A stretch of DNA of 64,000 bases from Acidobacteriota bacterium (GTDB taxonomy: Bacteria; Acidobacteriota; Thermoanaerobaculia; Multivoradales; UBA5704): NCBI GenBank assembly GCA_040005235.1, contig JBDTZG010000009.1:69330-133329 (forward strand), given 5' to 3'. Position 1 is the first letter of the stretch; the number at the start of each line of letters is the position of its first letter. The notes beneath the pieces are model-generated. The model had not been told where the DNA came from. It worked only from the letters and a program-made list of their open reading frames with translations, and did not search any database. The position numbers were made by a program, and so were the translations under genes. Shown here piece after piece: positions 1 to 10,729 of this stretch.

Positions 1-2
1 AC

Positions 3-1478
3 GACGGCGTTCGGTTCAGCTTGAAGAACCGGTTGGCGGATGCCACGCTCACCAAGTTGCGCCAGATCAAGATCGATGGCAAGGCGGTGCCGATCGAGGG
101 GTTGACGCTTCATCTCGCCGACGGCACGGTCGCCGGGAGCGCGATCAGCCCGGACAAGCCGCTGCCCTTCCCGCTCGCCCGGATCGTCCATATCGAGGCG
201 AAGGTCGATGCGTTGCCCAAGGGCCAGCATGAGATCGAGATCGAGTTTGACGCCACGCCGTTCGGCAACCTGGCGTTCAAAGTGAAGGACGCGATCGCCG
301 ACGAGAAGCCGAAACGCGCCACGGTGCCCCTCGATAAGGAGAACAACTTCAGTCCGGAGATTGTCAAGGCGCGCCAGAAGTTCGTCGAGGACTACGCCGG
401 GATCAAGCTCCAGCACATCGACAAGTATTCGTTCGATCCGGGGGTGACCAAGGGCAATATCGAGAACTTCACGGGCGTCGCCCAGGTGCCGATCGGCTTC
501 GCCGGCCCGCTTCGGGTGAACGGCGAGCATGCGATCGGCGAGTTCATCATCCCGCTCGCGACGGCGGAGGGTACCCTCGTCGCTTCCTACAACCGGGGCA
601 TCAAGGTGCTCAACCTCTCCGGCGGCGTGATGGCGACGGTGGTCGGCGACTGCATGCAGCGCGCGCCGGTGTTCGTATTCGACTCGGCGCGCGGGGCGCG
701 CGACTTCGTGGCGTGGGTGGAAGAAAACCTGGCCACCATCCGCGAGCACGCGGAGGCGACCTCGTCGGTGGCCAAACTCCTTTACATCGACCCTTATCTA
801 GCCAACAAAATGGCGTTCCTCCGTTTCAACTATTCGACCGGCGACGCTGCGGGTCAGAACATGGTCGGCCGTGCGACATTTGCCGCCTGCTCCTGGGTGC
901 TAGAAAACGCCGCGGGCATCCGCCATTTCTATCTCGAATCGAACTTCGCGACCGACAAGAAAGCCTCGCAGATCAACATCATGCGCACGCGCGGCAAGCG
1001 CGTCACGGCCGAGTGCACCATCCCGCGCGACGTGCTGATCCAACACATGCGGGTGGAGCCCGAAACGCTCCACTACCACGCGGGCATCGCGAACGTCGGC
1101 GCGTTCCTCTCGGGCGCCAACAACAACGGCTGCCACAGTCCGAACGGCATCACCGCCATGTTCATCGCGACTGGCCAAGACGTGGCGAACGTCTCCGAGT
1201 CGTCGGCCGGCGTGGTCTATACCGAGGTGACCCAAGAGGGCGACCTCTACATCTCGATCACCATCCCGTCGCTGATCGTCGCCACCCACGGCGGCGGCAC
1301 CGCGCTCCCGACCCAGAAGGAATGCCTGCAGATCCTCGGCTGCTCGGGCAAGGGCAAGGTCCAGAAGCTCGCCGAGATCATCGCGGGTGTGGTCCTCGCT
1401 GGCGAGATCTCGCTCGCCTCGGCGATCTCCTCGCTCGATTGGGTGTCGTCGCACGAGCAGTACGGACGGAATCGCTAG
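3..1478 (+). CDS. Class I-type HMG-CoA reductase with an extra N-terminal domain (5' end outside the window)
   Basis: Motifs ENFTG, PLATAEGTLVAS, GDAAGQNM and ATHGGGT; the frame is open upstream of the TTG at 21 (DGVRFSLKNRL...). Confidence 0.9.
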   Translation, partial: DGVRFSLKNRLADATLTKLRQIKIDGKAVPIEGLTLHLADGTVAGSAISPDKPLPFPLARIVHIEAKVDALPKGQHEIEIEFDATPFGNLAFKVKDAIADEKPKRATVPLDKENNFSPEIVKARQKFVEDYAGIKLQHIDKYSFDPGVTKGNIENFTGVAQVPIGFAGPLRVNGEHAIGEFIIPLATAEGTLVASYNRGIKVLNLSGGVMATVVGDCMQRAPVFVFDSARGARDFVAWVEENLATIREHAEATSSVAKLLYIDPYLANKMAFLRFNYSTGDAAGQNMVGRATFAACSWVLENAAGIRHFYLESNFATDKKASQINIMRTRGKRVTAECTIPRDVLIQHMRVEPETLHYHAGIANVGAFLSGANNNGCHSPNGITAMFIATGQDVANVSESSAGVVYTEVTQEGDLYISITIPSLIVATHGGGTALPTQKECLQILGCSGKGKVQKLAEIIAGVVLAGEISLASAISSLDWVSSHEQYGRNR

Positions 1479-1710
1479 CGACGGCATCAAATCGGGAGGC
1501 GGCGGTCTCGTCGTCTCCCGGTCTGCTTCGTGCGGTTCGATCGCTTGATCTTTCGGCACAGACCCCCACGCTTTACCCAAACTCTCCAACCTGTTTCTTC
1601 GTAGTTCTGCTGGTCGCGTGCCTCGCAGCTCGCGATTTGCGGTCACTGCGAGGTACATCTCTAGGAAACAAGCTTTCAACCGCCTCTCCGGCGGAAAGTG
1701 AAGGAGCGTC

Positions 1711-2943
1711 ATGCGAACCCCTCTCGGTCCATTGCTCTCAGCGATCGTATTGCTCCTGCCCTCCTCGGCCGTCGCCGCACGATTTCCCATCCGCGAGCCG
1801 GCGGGTCTCATCTTCGCGGTCGATGGCACCCACGACGCCAATCTTCAGCCCAGCACGGCGTTCGATGGCGCGGGCAACTCGGTCGCCGTCTGGACGCGTG
1901 GGACCGACTTGGCCAACCGATCGGAAGTGGTCGCCCAACGATTCGGGCCGACGGGTGCCCTCCGAGGCGGGCGCTTTCGGGTGAACACCTACCTTCCGGA
2001 CTTTCAGGCGTACCCCGCGGTCACGATGAACGAGAACGGCCGGTTCGTCGTCACCTGGGCGAGCTTCGGGCAAGAGGGTCAGTTGAGCGGGATCTACGCG
2101 CGAGTCTTCGGCGCGAACGGCGCGCCGGTTTCGTCCGAGTTGCGGGTCAGCACGAGCCTCGGCGGACAGAGCCTTCCGACGGTCGGCATCGATCGCACCG
2201 GCGGCTTCGTCATCGCCTGGTACAGCGAGAAGGGAAACTACCTGCGCCGGTTCGATCGCGCGGGCGGCAGCCTGGGACCGGAATCCCGGGTTTCGTCGGG
2301 ATCGAACCCGAAACTCGCGATGGCTCCCGACGGCAGCTTCATCCTGGTCTGGCGTGAATTCGATCCCGCCGCGGGCGGCGCGATCATCCACGGTCGCCGG
2401 TTCGGACGATCCGGAGCCGCGGCGAGCGCGGTGCTGACGATCAACAGCCGCCCGATCCCCAACAACGGCACTCCCGCCGTAGCGCTGACGCCGGACGGCG
2501 GTTTCCTCATCGCCTGGGACCGTTGCAACTTCTCGGATTTCGCCGAAGGCTGCGAAGTGCGTCTCAGGCGCTACGACGAGCGGGCAAGGCCGCTGTCGGA
2601 CGACCTCACCGTGAGCCCAAAAGACCATCGCGCCCACGAGTTTCCGGCGGTCGCCGCCGAACCGGGAGGCTTTTCAGCCGTCACCTGGCAGGATTGCAGC
2701 CTGGACGGCGGCGGCCAGCCGTACGACTGCAAGATCGACACCCTCTTTTTCGACCCCTCCGGCAAAGCATCTCCCGCGCTCAGCCGCATCACCGAAGACG
2801 GCGATCTCCTGGAACCCATGGTGACCGCGGGCGGTGGGTTCTTCGTAGTTTCCTATGACTCGACCAACTGCGACGCCGCCCGGTGCGATTACACCTTTCC
2901 GACTGGAGCGTACGCCTTGCGCTACCGCATCCGGCGACCATAG
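1711..2943 (+). CDS. Secreted repeat protein (probable beta-propeller-like)
   Basis: Signal peptide; repeated 'VN/VS...Q..P.VA...G.FVV.W' units; AAGGAG RBS upstream. Confidence 0.75.
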   Translation: MRTPLGPLLSAIVLLLPSSAVAARFPIREPAGLIFAVDGTHDANLQPSTAFDGAGNSVAVWTRGTDLANRSEVVAQRFGPTGALRGGRFRVNTYLPDFQAYPAVTMNENGRFVVTWASFGQEGQLSGIYARVFGANGAPVSSELRVSTSLGGQSLPTVGIDRTGGFVIAWYSEKGNYLRRFDRAGGSLGPESRVSSGSNPKLAMAPDGSFILVWREFDPAAGGAIIHGRRFGRSGAAASAVLTINSRPIPNNGTPAVALTPDGGFLIAWDRCNFSDFAEGCEVRLRRYDERARPLSDDLTVSPKDHRAHEFPAVAAEPGGFSAVTWQDCSLDGGGQPYDCKIDTLFFDPSGKASPALSRITEDGDLLEPMVTAGGGFFVVSYDSTNCDAARCDYTFPTGAYALRYRIRRP

Positions 2944-2960
2944 CTTTCAGATCAAGCACT

Positions 2961-3542
2961 TCACCCGATCCCGAACCAGCCTTTCCGGTGCTCTTCTTCG
3001 AGGCGGGTTTCGAGATACTCCCAAAGCGCGGGGCAGCCGGCCCGGATCGGCGGCCCGACGCGCTGGACGACCGTTTCGTAGGCGATGCCGTTTTCCCGCC
3101 AGCTCTGCCCGTTGTTTGCCAGGTTGAGCAGGACCGGCATCGCCCGGTCGACGGCATGGGCAAATCGGGATTCGGGTGTCGAGTCGACTTCGAACTCCCG
3201 CCAGAGCGCCAAGAACTCTTCCCCGCCTCCGTCCGGCAACATCCCGAAAATCCGAATCACCGTCGCCAGCTCGCCCGCCTTTCGCTCCGCGAGCCCTTCC
3301 TGGACGAAGAACATCGTTTCTCCGGTGCCGATCTCGCCGATGTCGTGCACCAGCAGCATGCGGATCACCCGATCGATCTCGACCGGTGACTCGGCATGGT
3401 GCGCAAGCGACGCCGCAAGCAGCGCGAGCTGCCAGCTATGCTCGGCCGAGTTCTCATAGCGATCGAGGCCGAGCGGACGAACCTTTCGCGTCACGGCTTT
3501 GAGTTTGTCGAGCTCCAGGATGAAATCGACGATCTGCTGCAT
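2961..3542 (-). CDS. HD-domain phosphohydrolase (HD_3 / YfbR-like)
   Basis: ENSAEHSW, LLVHDIGE and DR motifs; start re-set to MQQIVDF with AGGAGG RBS. Confidence 0.85.
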   Translation of the reverse strand: MQQIVDFILELDKLKAVTRKVRPLGLDRYENSAEHSWQLALLAASLAHHAESPVEIDRVIRMLLVHDIGEIGTGETMFFVQEGLAERKAGELATVIRIFGMLPDGGGEEFLALWREFEVDSTPESRFAHAVDRAMPVLLNLANNGQSWRENGIAYETVVQRVGPPIRAGCPALWEYLETRLEEEHRKGWFGIG

Positions 3543-3639
3543 GATGGATGGCCTCCTAGGAGACCATCTTCTCAGGAGCGCCGTCTGCGAGTCATTCTTG
3601 GTTGTTGCGGCGTCCCACAAGACCGCGTTTTGCCGCCTC

Positions 3640-4695
3640 TCAGCAAATCCGCGGCAGCTGCTCGCCGAGTTGCATTGGAATGACCCGGGTGCCGCCGATG
3701 CCGGTTTTCGCGACCAGCATGCCGGGGTGGCGATCGGTGACGCGGCCGATGATCGCCGCTTGCCTTCCGAGCGGATGGGCGCGGAGGGCGGCAAGCGCGG
3801 CTTCGGCGTCTCGGGGATCGACGATCGCCAGGAGCTTGCCTTCGTTGGCGACGTAGATCGGGTCCATTCCCAGCAGCTCGCAGGCGGATTGGACGTCGGT
3901 GCGGACGGGGATCGCGCTTTCTTCAAGGTTGATGCCGACTTTCGAGCGGCCGGCGATTTCGTTGAGCGAAGAAGCTACGCCCCCGCGGGTCGGATCGCGC
4001 AGCGCATGCACGCCGGGCGCGGCGCCTAAGAGGACCGCGACCAGACCGGCGAGCGGCGCCGTGTCGCTCTCGATCGCGGTTTCGAATTGCAGCCCTTCGC
4101 GGACGCTCATCACCGCCATGCCGTGGTCGCCGATCGTGCCGGAGACGATCACCACGTCGCCCGGCCGGGCGCGATCGGGGCCGATCTGGAGGCCGTCGGG
4201 GACGACTCCCACCCCCGCGGTCGTGATGTAGCAGCCGTGGCCGTGCCCGCGCTCCACCACCTTGGTGTCTCCCGTCGCGATGCGCACTCCGGCGTCGCGC
4301 GCCGCCTCGGCCATGCGCTCGACGATCCGGCCGAGCACCGCCATTTCGAGCCCTTCTTCCAGGATGAACGCGGCTGAAAGATAGAGCGGTCGGGCGCCGC
4401 TCATCGCGAGGTCGTTCACCGTGCCATGGACCGCCAGATCGCCGATCGAGCCGCCGGGAAAGAACAGCGGATGAACGACGAACGAGTCGGTCGAAAACGC
4501 CAAGCGGCCGGTCTGCGCGGGCAAGAGCGCTGCGTCGCCCAGAACCTCCAGCTCTTCGTTGCGAAAGGCCGGCACGAACAGGTGCTCGACCAGCTCGGCC
4601 GAGAGATGGCCGCCGCCGCCATGACCGATCACGATCGTCGGCGAGTCGCGGAGGGGAAGCGGACAGCTCCAGCTGGAGAAATCGACGCCGCTCAA
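3640..4695 (-). CDS. hypE: Hydrogenase maturation carbamoyl dehydratase HypE
   Basis: GHGGGG, STDSFVV.PLFFPGG, NDLAM, RDPTRGG and C-terminal PRIC; TTG start overlaps the hypD stop. Confidence 0.97.
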   Translation of the reverse strand: MSGVDFSSWSCPLPLRDSPTIVIGHGGGGHLSAELVEHLFVPAFRNEELEVLGDAALLPAQTGRLAFSTDSFVVHPLFFPGGSIGDLAVHGTVNDLAMSGARPLYLSAAFILEEGLEMAVLGRIVERMAEAARDAGVRIATGDTKVVERGHGHGCYITTAGVGVVPDGLQIGPDRARPGDVVIVSGTIGDHGMAVMSVREGLQFETAIESDTAPLAGLVAVLLGAAPGVHALRDPTRGGVASSLNEIAGRSKVGINLEESAIPVRTDVQSACELLGMDPIYVANEGKLLAIVDPRDAEAALAALRAHPLGRQAAIIGRVTDRHPGMLVAKTGIGGTRVIPMQLGEQLPRIC

Positions 4696-5816
4696 GGCGT
4701 CGCCTCGACCGCTGCCATCCCATCGATCGAGGTGAACCGGCCGTAGTGGTAGTAGGCCGCGCAGGCCCCTTCGGAAGAGACCATGGTGGCGCCGAGGGGA
4801 GTCCGCGGCGTGCATTGCTTGCCGAACGCCGGGCACTGGCTCGGCTTGAGCGTCCCCTGGAGCACTTCGCCCGCGTGGCAGAGTGTCGACTCCACGGTGC
4901 GGATGCCGGAGACGTCAAAGCGGATTTCGGCATCGAAATCCCGGTAGGCGTCGGACAGGCGCCAACCGGAGCGAGGAATGTTGCCGATGCCGCGCCAGGC
5001 TCGGTCGGTGACCGTAAGGACTTGGGCGAGCAGATCCTGCGCGGCCTTGTTGCCCTCCTTCGTCACCACGCGGGCGTAGGCGTTTTCGACCCGGGCCTCC
5101 CCCGCTTCGAGCTGGGCGACCGCGCTTCGAATGCCGAGCAGCAGATCGAGCGGCTCGAAACCGGTGATCACGATCGGCACGTGGCATTTGGCTGCGAGCG
5201 GCGGATACTGCCAGGTGCCCATCACGCTGCACACGTGGCCGGCGGCGAGAAACGCCTGCACCCGGTTGCCCGGCGAGGTCATGATCGCCTCGATCGCCGG
5301 GGGCACCAGGACGTGCGAGACCAACATCGAGAAGTTGGCGATCCCCTGCTGTTTGGCGAGGTGCACCGCCATGGCGTTGGCCGGGGCGGTGGTCTCGAAG
5401 CCGATACCGAAGAAAACGACCTCGCGTTCGGGCAGGTCGCGCGCCAACTGGAGCGCATCGAGCGGCGAGTAGACGAGCCGCACGTCGCCCCCTTCGCTCT
5501 TGATCCGGAACAGGTCCTTCTCGCTCCCCGGTACGCGCAGCATGTCGCCGAAGCTGCAGAAGGTGACGCCCGGCCGCGCGGCGATCGCGAGCGCGCGGTC
5601 GATCATTTCGAGCGGCGTCACGCAAACCGGGCAGCCCGGACCGTGAATCAGCTCGACCTCGGCCGGCAGCAGCTGGTCGATGCCGTTTCTAAGGATCGAA
5701 TGGGTCTGGCCGCCGCAAACTTCCATGATCGCCCACGGTCGTGTCACTTTTCCCCGGATCTCGTCGGCCAGGCGCCTCGCGGCATCTCCGTCACGAAACT
5801 CTGTCAGGTACTTCAT
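4692..5816 (-). CDS. hypD: Hydrogenase formation protein HypD
   Basis: [31 protein letters not shown]; start MKYLTEFRD overlaps the hypC stop. Confidence 0.97.
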   Translation of the reverse strand: MKYLTEFRDGDAARRLADEIRGKVTRPWAIMEVCGGQTHSILRNGIDQLLPAEVELIHGPGCPVCVTPLEMIDRALAIAARPGVTFCSFGDMLRVPGSEKDLFRIKSEGGDVRLVYSPLDALQLARDLPEREVVFFGIGFETTAPANAMAVHLAKQQGIANFSMLVSHVLVPPAIEAIMTSPGNRVQAFLAAGHVCSVMGTWQYPPLAAKCHVPIVITGFEPLDLLLGIRSAVAQLEAGEARVENAYARVVTKEGNKAAQDLLAQVLTVTDRAWRGIGNIPRSGWRLSDAYRDFDAEIRFDVSGIRTVESTLCHAGEVLQGTLKPSQCPAFGKQCTPRTPLGATMVSSEGACAAYYHYGRFTSIDGMAAVEATP

Positions 5817-6067
5817 GACGGGACCTCGCCCAGCTCTTCTTCGAGCAGGCCCAGGTCGCGGAAATGGCGCAGCGTCTCTTGGGCCGACGCCTCGTCGATG
5901 CGGCTGATTGCAAAACCGACGTGGACGATCGCATAATCGCCGATCACCGCATCCGGCAGGTAGGCCAGGCAGACCTCTTTGGTGATTCCTCCGAAGTCGA
6001 GCCGCGCCATGCGCGTCCCTCGGGCTTCGTAGATCTCGGCGATACGGCCGGGGACCGCAAGACACAT
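5813..6067 (-). CDS. hypC: HypC/HupF chaperone
   Basis: MCLAVPG N-terminus and VHVGFA. Confidence 0.97.
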   Translation of the reverse strand: MCLAVPGRIAEIYEARGTRMARLDFGGITKEVCLAYLPDAVIGDYAIVHVGFAISRIDEASAQETLRHFRDLGLLEEELGEVPS

Positions 6068-6071
6068 GGCG

Positions 6072-7220
6072 CTAATCCTCCGCGGGCAGCTCCCAGATCA
6101 TGACCCGGTTGTTGCCCGAGTCGGCGATCGCGAGACGGCCGCCGGACAGGGAGATCCCGTACGGCCAGCAGAGAGTATCCTGGCGCACCGCCTGCCAGCG
6201 ATTTTCACCGTTACCCGAGAAATTGGCCTGGCCGATCGCCCGGTCGGCCGGCGCGCCGCTCGACGTCGGCGCCCGATCCCAGAGAAGAACCCGGTTGTTC
6301 GCCGTGTCCGCGACCGCGAGCCCGAAGCCGTCGGTGGCAAGAGCATAGGGAAAACGGAGCGTCGAAGCGTTCTGCGGCGCGTACGGCAGCTCGTTCGCGC
6401 TCACCAGGTCGGCCTGGCCGAGGGCGAGGTCGGCGTCGCGATCTCCGCTCCCGTCCCACGGCTCGCCCTGCCAGCCGAGCACTCTGTGGTCGCCCGCGTC
6501 GGCCACGTAGAGATAGCCGCCGACGCCCACCACCGCGTGCGGCCAGCGAAACGAGCGCGCCGAGGGCGGACCGCCGCGATTCTCGTCGGAGGAGGCGAAA
6601 TCGGGCTGGCCGAGCACCGCGTCGGCCGGCCGGTTCCTCTCCGGCAGGCCGCGCCAGGCGAGCACTCGGCGATTGCCGGTGTCGGTGACGTAGAACCAGC
6701 CGTCGACCCAACCGAGACCGTACGGCCAATAGAGGGTGGCGGCCGAGACCGCGCCGCCGCGGTTCGGCTCGATCGAGGAAAGGTCGCTCTGCCCGAGCGC
6801 CCAATCCGGCGGCGCATCCGAACGGTCGGGCACCCGATCCCAGACCAGGATCCGATGGTGCCAGGCGTCGGCGACGAACAGCCGGCCGTCGAGCACCGCG
6901 AGGCCGGTCGGCAGGTGGAGGCCGTTCTCCGGTCCCCGCCCTCCGGCGTGAGCCCCTTCGCTTTCGGCCGTGGGCTGGCCGAGGACCGCGTCGGCCGGCG
7001 CGCCGTCCTCGGTCGGCAGGCCGTGCCAGAGGAGGATGCGGTGGTTGCCTGAATCGGCGACCGCGAGGACCTTTTCGTCCAGGAAGACGCCACGCGGCGC
7101 GTAGAGCTGACTTGCGGTCGGCGTCCCGCTCGGCAGCGCAAGGCCGCCCGGAGCCGGCGCGCCGAGCCGGACTTGCCCCCCCGTCGCCGGCGAGGTCGCC
7201 GCGGCGGTCCGGGAGGTCAT
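6072..7220 (-). CDS. NHL-repeat protein (hydrogenase-cluster accessory)
   Basis: Six repeats of L..P.G.....L.VAD.GNHRVL.W with ADxVLGQ linkers. Confidence 0.9.
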   Translation of the reverse strand: MTSRTAAATSPATGGQVRLGAPAPGGLALPSGTPTASQLYAPRGVFLDEKVLAVADSGNHRILLWHGLPTEDGAPADAVLGQPTAESEGAHAGGRGPENGLHLPTGLAVLDGRLFVADAWHHRILVWDRVPDRSDAPPDWALGQSDLSSIEPNRGGAVSAATLYWPYGLGWVDGWFYVTDTGNRRVLAWRGLPERNRPADAVLGQPDFASSDENRGGPPSARSFRWPHAVVGVGGYLYVADAGDHRVLGWQGEPWDGSGDRDADLALGQADLVSANELPYAPQNASTLRFPYALATDGFGLAVADTANNRVLLWDRAPTSSGAPADRAIGQANFSGNGENRWQAVRQDTLCWPYGISLSGGRLAIADSGNNRVMIWELPAED

Positions 7221-8113
7221 TGCGGTCTCACGTAGATCGTGCCTTTTTCGATCCGCAGCGGGTAAGGCTCAAGCTGAGCCTGCGGAGCGGTCAGGCACTC
7301 GCCGCTCCGGCCGTCGTAACGGAAACCGTGCCACGGGCACGAGAGAGTCCCAGACTCGATGTCCACCAGGCCGCCGTCGAGCGGCAGGCCCTGGTGCGCG
7401 CAGGCGTTTCTGAACGCGTAGAGCGCGTCGCCGAAGCGCAGGATCAGCACACTCCCCTCCTCGGTCTCCATTCGGCAGGGGCGCCCCTCTTCGACCGCCT
7501 CTGCGGCAGGCCCTTCGACCCAGCCCTTCAGATCGCCGCGGTGGCGCAACGAGTCGAGCGGCACGAACCCGGCCGTCGGCTCGCCGCTGATCGGGATCAC
7601 CTTCTCGATCTCGGGCACGTGAGCCCGCAGTGCCTCCTCGACCCCCTGGCGCAGGGTGGTCGCCGACATCGAGCAGCCGTGGCAGGCGCCGGTGAGACGC
7701 ACCGTCACCGTGCTCCCTTCCAGGGCGACCAGCTCGACGTCGCCGCCATGCGATTCGAGATACGGCCGCACCATCTCGAGCACCGAAAGCACGCGCTTCC
7801 TCAGATCGGCGCGGACCAGCCCGTGCATGGCGAACAGGGCGTAGACGGCCGGATCGTCGACCAGCTCGAACAGGATGTCGGAGCCGCGCGGATCTTGCCG
7901 CAACGCCCGCACGATCCGCTTCAACCCCGCCTTATGGAAAGCCTCGATCGCATGGCGCACCTCGCGCGCTTTCTCGCGCGCAGCGGGCTCTAAAGCCTCC
8001 GCCTCGGCGAGCGCGCGATCGACCCGCGCGGCGAGTTGCTCCAGGTCCGGTTCGGCGTCGGGTTCGAGCGGCAACGGAACGGGCCGAGACTCCGGCGGCG
8101 GTTCGGAAATCAT
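7217..8113 (-). CDS. NifU-domain plus Rieske [2Fe-2S] protein (HucE-like)
   Basis: RPYLESHGGDVEL...GACHGC (NifU CxxC); CAH...CPWHG (Rieske). Confidence 0.9.
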   Translation of the reverse strand: MISEPPPESRPVPLPLEPDAEPDLEQLAARVDRALAEAEALEPAAREKAREVRHAIEAFHKAGLKRIVRALRQDPRGSDILFELVDDPAVYALFAMHGLVRADLRKRVLSVLEMVRPYLESHGGDVELVALEGSTVTVRLTGACHGCSMSATTLRQGVEEALRAHVPEIEKVIPISGEPTAGFVPLDSLRHRGDLKGWVEGPAAEAVEEGRPCRMETEEGSVLILRFGDALYAFRNACAHQGLPLDGGLVDIESGTLSCPWHGFRYDGRSGECLTAPQAQLEPYPLRIEKGTIYVRPQ

Positions 8114-8529
8114 CGGCCGGCCCCCTGCATCTCGGCACCCTGCAATTCAATCTCCGGCGGAGCGCCGGCAAACGCCGCGTGTTGTTCGAGCGCCTCCTCG
8201 GTCTTCGCGCGCAGCAGGTCGGCAAACGCGGCACGGGCGAGCGCGGCGAGCGCCGAGCTGACGGTTCCCCCCAGCTCCAGGTTTGCAGGCAGCGGGCGCC
8301 GTTCGAGCGCCTGGAGCACGAACGCCGCGCCCGCCGGATCGCCGAGGAGAAATTCCTCGAACAGCGCTTCGGCGAACTCCCCGAGCCAGATGCCCGGCCC
8401 TTCCGGATCGCGGCGCAGAAGTTCGAGCGCCTGGACCGGCCCCTCGTTCCTCTGCTCAAGACGTTCGGTGTAGCGCTCGACCGCGGTCGCGAGCAGAAAG
8501 TCGAACTGTTGACGCTGGTAAAGATCCAT
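8110..8529 (-). CDS. Hypothetical protein of the group 2a hydrogenase cluster
   Basis: Start MDLYQRQQFD overlaps the upstream stop; coupled to the downstream gene by ATGA overlap. Confidence 0.75.
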   Translation of the reverse strand: MDLYQRQQFDFLLATAVERYTERLEQRNEGPVQALELLRRDPEGPGIWLGEFAEALFEEFLLGDPAGAAFVLQALERRPLPANLELGGTVSSALAALARAAFADLLRAKTEEALEQHAAFAGAPPEIELQGAEMQGAGR

Positions 8530-9839
8530 TACCCCCCCTCCACCCCGACGGTCACGCCCGCCGCTGCCATAAAAACCGCCGGCGAGGCCAGGCGTTCGTT
8601 GATCCGCTCCACCTGTTCGAGCGTGCTCGCCGCGAGATCCGGCTCGCCATGCCAACGAAATAATTTGTGCGCCTCTTCCAGCTTGGTGAGCGCGGGGCCG
8701 AAGATGCCGAGATGGGCGAGCGCGTTCGCCTGGTTGGCGAGTAGACGAGCGTAGCCGAGCGGATCGAAGGCGCGATTGCGATGTGCGAGCAGCTGCTCGT
8801 AGATCTCGACCGCCTGGACAAGGTTTTCTTGCGGATGAGACGAAGGCAGGTACTGAAGGGCGTTCGCCAGATTCAGCTGGGCGCTCGACCAGGCTTCCGG
8901 GAAGAGCTCCGGGGTCCAGACCTTGAGCGCCTCGCGGAACGATTGCACGGCGATCCCCAAGCGCAGCTGGGAGCCCCCGCCGCTCATCGGCAACGACAGA
9001 TAGGCGAGACCGAGATTGTTCTGGGCGAGGGCGTAGCTCTCCGCGCCCTGTTCGAGCGACAGACCGGAGTGGATCGCCGCCTGGTATGCCGAGACCGCTT
9101 CGAGCAGGCCGGAGCGATCCCCCGCCGCAGTATCTTGAAGCAGCTGGCCGAGCGCCAGGTAGAGAGCGGACCGGACCGGCGACCGGCCCCCCCCCGGCGC
9201 GGCGGGCACCAGCGCGATGCCTAAACGCAGCGCCGCAAGCGCCGCCTGGCGATCGGGGTCGGCGCCGTCGGCGAGCAGCGCCGCCTTCTGCGCCAGAAGC
9301 TGCGCGGCGAAGGTCGGCGAGGCGGCACTCACCGCCGCGATCCCCCGGTCGAGCGAGGCGAGGGCCTGGTCGGAGCGTCCGGCTTCCATTTCGGCGGCAG
9401 CCCGGACCATCCAGGCGACGGCGGCGACGGTCGGCATCTCGGCCGCCTCGGCGTCCGGCAGGCAGTCGCTCTCCCCCGCGGCGAAGGCCGCGCAGGCGAT
9501 CAGCCGACCGAGGTCGCCCGAGAAGAGCGACGGCAGCCGCGCGAACGCGGCGAGATCCCCGGACAGGACGAACCGGTCATAGGCGGCGACCGGATGATTC
9601 GGCAGCTCCAACACCGCGAGCGCCGCCGCAAGGTCGCCGCTTGCCGCCTGCCGGTAGAACTCCCACTCCACCGGCAGCGGGCCGGAAAGATCACCCGAAA
9701 GCAACCGCGCCAGGGCCGAGGCGGCCAGCGGCGAAGCACTTTCGGGCAGGAGCAGAAACCCCGCGGGAGGCGGCAGAATGCCGAGCGGTTGCGGGCCGAC
9801 GGAAAGGGCGAGCGACGGAGCGGTCGAGGGTTGCGTCAT
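8529..9839 (-). CDS. TPR-like repeat protein (hydrogenase-cluster accessory)
   Basis: YALAQNNLGLAY, AWSSAQLNLANAL and YARLLANQANAL repeats; ATGA-coupled start MTQPS. Confidence 0.85.
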   Translation of the reverse strand: MTQPSTAPSLALSVGPQPLGILPPPAGFLLLPESASPLAASALARLLSGDLSGPLPVEWEFYRQAASGDLAAALAVLELPNHPVAAYDRFVLSGDLAAFARLPSLFSGDLGRLIACAAFAAGESDCLPDAEAAEMPTVAAVAWMVRAAAEMEAGRSDQALASLDRGIAAVSAASPTFAAQLLAQKAALLADGADPDRQAALAALRLGIALVPAAPGGGRSPVRSALYLALGQLLQDTAAGDRSGLLEAVSAYQAAIHSGLSLEQGAESYALAQNNLGLAYLSLPMSGGGSQLRLGIAVQSFREALKVWTPELFPEAWSSAQLNLANALQYLPSSHPQENLVQAVEIYEQLLAHRNRAFDPLGYARLLANQANALAHLGIFGPALTKLEEAHKLFRWHGEPDLAASTLEQVERINERLASPAVFMAAAGVTVGVEGG

Positions 9840-10189
9840 CCCAGGGCCCCGATCGAACGGCGACCCTGCGGATCGCGGAAAGCGAGGGAATCTTTCGACC
9901 GACCGAGCGCAATGCGCAGCGTGCCGCGCGGCTCGTCCCAAAACGCGGGCAGGTCGCCGCACACGACGTCGGCGGGCAGGACCTCCCAGATCACCACCGC
10001 GCGATCTCCCGCGCGGTTGCGCCGCTTGAGCAGCAGCCCGCCGCCGCCGTCGCCGCGCACCGGCACGAGCCACAGCTCGCGCTCGACTACCCGGGCGACC
10101 ATCGCGTCGGTGGGAAAGTACGCTTCGGCGACCGCGGCCGGCAGTCGGAGCGAACCCTCCGCCGTGAGCTCGACCGCGAGCGGCGCCAT
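9836..10189 (-). CDS. Small conserved-looking hypothetical protein downstream of the hydrogenase protease
   Basis: ATG 1 nt after the protease stop; GGLLLKRRNRAGDR motif; coupled to the next gene. Confidence 0.7.
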   Translation of the reverse strand: MAPLAVELTAEGSLRLPAAVAEAYFPTDAMVARVVERELWLVPVRGDGGGGLLLKRRNRAGDRAVVIWEVLPADVVCGDLPAFWDEPRGTLRIALGRSKDSLAFRDPQGRRSIGALG

Positions 10190-10190
10190 C

Positions 10191-10709
10191 TCAGTGTCCG
10201 CCCGCCAGCTCCGCGAGGAGGAGCGGAGCGAGCCTGCGCATCGCGGCATCGACCGGCGGCGAAAGGGGGGCGCCGAGCTCCAGCGACTCGGCTTCGATCA
10301 GGTAGGCGGTGATCTTTTGGGGGTACTCGTCCTTGAGCAGCCAGCGGGCGAAGGCGAGCGCATGATCCCAGCGGAAGGAATGGAGGTTCAGGCCTTCGAG
10401 CGGCGGGAGGCTCTCGACCTCTTCGCCCGGCAGCCGGAAGATCGCACCCGGCTCGCTGCCGCTGGAGCAGGCATCGACCAGGATCACGTGCGGCACGCCG
10501 CGCATTTGAAACGCCACGTCCATGCCCCCCGTGCCGCCGTCCGCGCAGCGGATGCCGAGCGGCAGCCCCAGCTCCCACAGGTGGCGGATGAAGATCGGCC
10601 CCACCGCGTCGTCGCCGCGCAGCAGGTTGCCGCAGCCGACGATCAAGGCCCGAACCTGCTCGGCCGAAGGCGGAGCGGTCCCCGTGGCTTCCGCGATGCG
10701 TTCGATCAC
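10191..10709 (-). CDS. Hydrogenase maturation endopeptidase (HupW/HybD family)
   Basis: GCGNLLRGDDAVG, DGGTGG, LVDA and H motifs; probable GTG start. Confidence 0.93.
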   Translation of the reverse strand: MIERIAEATGTAPPSAEQVRALIVGCGNLLRGDDAVGPIFIRHLWELGLPLGIRCADGGTGGMDVAFQMRGVPHVILVDACSSGSEPGAIFRLPGEEVESLPPLEGLNLHSFRWDHALAFARWLLKDEYPQKITAYLIEAESLELGAPLSPPVDAAMRRLAPLLLAELAGGH

Positions 10710-10729
10710 TTTTGGACCTTCATCTGCAG

